64,000 bases of DNA from Malacoraja senta (taxonomy: Eukaryota), in contig JAXLNO010000079.1 of NCBI GenBank assembly GCA_038087875.1, positions 434,001-498,000 of the forward strand. The letters are read 5' to 3'. The notes under the pieces are model-generated. The model had not been told where the DNA came from. It ran no database searches and worked only from the letters and a program-made list of their open reading frames with translations. The position numbers were made by a program, and so were the translations under genes. Below are positions 61,349 to 64,000 of this stretch, piece after piece. Position 1 is the first letter of the stretch. Every line of letters starts with the position of its first letter.

Positions 61349-63382
61349 AACCCCTGTCTCACGGTGCGAGCTGACCCACGAGGTACCCCGAGCTTAAAAC
61401 AAATTCAACTCGTGGTAATCACGTACGATTAACGTAGCAGGAACGTCGGAACTCGTGGACGCAACTTAGCGACTCGTGGCGCTAACGGCAGGTACCCGTG
61501 AAACTTGTTAACTCTTGGAAAAATTCAAACATGTTTAAAGTTTTCAACGAGTAAAATGTACTCTTGAGGTTAAAAATTGAAACATTTAAACACGTTGTAA
61601 GAACGTAGTGGCCCGTGCGTTTACCTTAGTGACTCATGAGTCTACCGTGCGAACTCTTTAACTCAGCGGGCAGGCAGCATCTCTGGAGAGAAGGTATGGG
61701 TGATGGGATGACATTTCCAAATTGGGGGGGAGTGGGGGGTTGGAGGAGGGAGGGGGGGGTGGAGGAGAGAGGGTGGAGAGTGGAGGGAGAGGAGGGGGAG
61801 ACAGATGGGGGTGTCTTCATTCACTAGAGGCGGGTGACGGTCACTGAAACAGGCAGGTGAGATTTCACATCCACCTTGTGTGTGTGTGTCTCTCTCTCCC
61901 TCCCTCCCTGCCTCTCACACAGGCTGAGAGACTCTGCCTCTGTGAGTGTACGTCTCTTTCCCCCTCTCCCACACACAGTATGACCGAGGTAAGTCCATCT
62001 GTGTAAGTCCATCTGTGTCTCCCACATACACAGTAAAACTCTGCTTTGTGTGAGTATATACGTCACCCCCCATTTCTCTCTTTCTCCCCCCCCCACCTCT
62101 CTCTTTCCCTCCACCACCTCTCTCTTTCTCCCCCCACACACAATAAGACCGATGTATTCTGCTTAGTCTCTCTTCCCTCCCACACACAGATAGACCGAGG
62201 TCCTGTGCGCTCTTTCTCTCTCCCCCACAGTCACGCCGAAGTACACCACACTGCCTCTGTGCCTCTCTCTCTCTCTCTCTCCTTCATACACAGTCAGAGG
62301 TCCACACTGTCTCTGTGTGTCTCTCTCCCCTACACACACACACAGACTGAGGTACACACTGCCAGTTGTGTGTGTGTGTCTGCCTCTGTCTCTCTCTCCC
62401 ACACACACAGTTAAAGGTACTCCACGCTGCCTGTGTGTGTGTGTGTCTCTCTCTCTCTCTCTCTGTCCCACCCCCCACACCCACACCCAGTCAGTCAGTC
62501 AGAGGAGCTCCACACTGTGTGTGTGTGTGTGTGTGTGCGCCTCTGTCTCTCCCTATCACAGTCAGAGTGAGGTACTCCCCCCGCAGTCTCTCCGCGGCCT
62601 CTCCCCAGGCAGGGTGCATCTGCCTCAGGCTGCCCAGGCAGTCAAACACGAATCCGATGGCGGGCTCCATGCACAGCTCCTGCCGGCCGGCTGGGAGCGG
62701 CGACGGAGGACATGGGAAGTTGGCCACCAGCGTGGCAGTCTCGGCTCTCCATGCAGTCCGAGTCTCGCTGGATCCTCATAATCCTCTGCCTCTGTCAAAT
62801 GGGTGAGTTTAACCTGACCCCCCCCCCCCCCCCAACCTCCCTCTACCTCAACTCACGCCTGGGCACCAAAGCAGCTCAGGAGGCGAACCCTGAGCTCCGT
62901 CTCCCAACAATCTGATGTGCGAATCCTTGCACATTCAAAGATTTCATCTCCAGTCTCCCCGCAGTGTGTAGACCTGGCAGTAAATTCAATTAAAATATAG
63001 CAAACCTCCGCCTGCTGGTCTTCTAACTACGTGATGTGTGTTTCAAACAAATCATCAGTATAACTGCTCTGGCACTGGACGGTGCGCATTTTCCCTTTGT
63101 AGGTCACATCAATAGATGCGGCCTTCAAAGCCGCAGGATGGAGATGTTGCTTATTAAAACAGACCTTCATTGAAGGTTGGTTCAAGAGTAACTCGGGAAA
63201 GGAACTTGTTAACTCGGGAGACCAACTTGGAACATCGCAGAAATGACAGTTAACGGCAAACTTGAGTCATACCCGTGGGAACTCGGTTAAACTCTTGATC
63301 ATAAACTTGGAGTCTCGTACGCAACCACGAGTCTTTCACTCTGGGTCACTCGTGGGTCAACTCGCACCATGAGACAGGGCTT
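61349..63382. mobile_element. PIF/Harbinger-type non-autonomous DNA transposon
   Basis: About 34 bp TIRs (aacccctgtctcacggtgcgagctgacccacgag and ctcgtgggtcaactcgcaccatgagacagggctt) with a TTA TSD (61346-61348 and 63383-63385). Confidence 0.85.
61870..62580. repeat. Degenerate minisatellite with (TG)n, (CT)n and (CA)n tracts
   Basis: Recurrent unit resembling gaggtacacactg(tg)n(tc)nccc(ac)nag. Confidence 0.75.
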
Positions 63383-63584
63383 TTAATCTGTTTAGAGTCG
63401 TACAACCAAGCCCTTCTGCCCAATATGCTCATGCCAACCAAGCTGTTCCATCTACACTAGTCTCATGTGTCCAAATGTATTTTAAATGTTTTTCCCCATT
63501 CATCTTAAAGCTGTGTTCTCTGACTCTTGATTCCCCTCTCTGAGTAAAAGACTGTGCATTTACATATTCTTCTTGTGATACTAC

Positions 63585-64000
63585 ACATATGGGGAATCAG
63601 AAACCAGAGAACATAGGTTTAAGGTGATAGAGGAAAGATTAAATAGGAACCTGAGGGGCACCTTTTTTTAAATAAAGGGTGGTGGGTATATCGAATGAGC
63701 TGCTAGAGGAGGTAGTTGAGGCAGGTACAATCACTTTTTTTTTTTAAATGACATTTTGACAAGTACATGCATAGGATAAGATTAGAAGGATATGGGCCAA
63801 ACACAGGCAGGCGGGACTAATGTAGCTGGGGCATGTTGGGCCAAAGGGCCAAGTTGAATAGTTCCATGACTCTACATCATAATAAGCAGCAGAAGTAGGC
63901 CATACGGATTATCAAGTCTACTCCACCATTCAAACATGGCTGATCTTTCTATCTTTCCCTCTCAACGCCATTGTCTTCTCCCCATAACTCTAGATACCCT
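63585..64000. mobile_element. Two CR1 3' fragments (+ 63585-63870; - 63880-64000)
   Basis: Decayed ORF2 C-terminus and 3' UTR motifs. Confidence 0.7.

Noticed and set aside
62712..62802. Signal-peptide-like first exon (MQSESRWILIILCLCQMG then gtgagt) of a new gene
   Set aside because: It lies inside a TIR- and TSD-bounded transposon with no supporting downstream exons; kept only as an exonisation candidate.

Overview
Eukaryotic, repeat-dense vertebrate DNA. The repeat set (CR1 LINEs, HE1/V-type tRNA SINEs, Rex1, Penelope-derived mini-elements) suggests a cartilaginous fish such as a skate or ray; this is inference. The only host gene I can support is the 3' part of an ECEL1-like M13 zinc metallopeptidase on the + strand. 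It has four small exons (3211-3335, 15694-15759, 15846-15941, 37519-37595); I could not find the terminal exon in the window. The introns are filled with nested mobile elements: many CR1 copies of at least three subfamilies (one with an uninterrupted ORF2), a decayed DIRS retrotransposon with complete termini, Rex1, Tc1, hAT and Harbinger elements, and an invertebrate-looking CR1-clade LINE. Best leads: (1) a U_UUA_AAC slippery heptamer placed exactly at the CR1 ORF1 stop with ORF2 open in the -1 frame, a candidate programmed -1 frameshift; (2) a family of about 0.8 kb GC-rich non-coding retroposons with no tRNA head, sharing a covarying TGCCTTCC-stem-GGATG hairpin (7 copies); (3) roughly 90 bp Penelope-derived insertions carrying minimal hammerhead ribozyme cores; (4) a possible horizontally transferred LINE. 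All coordinates were read by eye; repeat boundaries are approximate unless a TSD or TIR is quoted.
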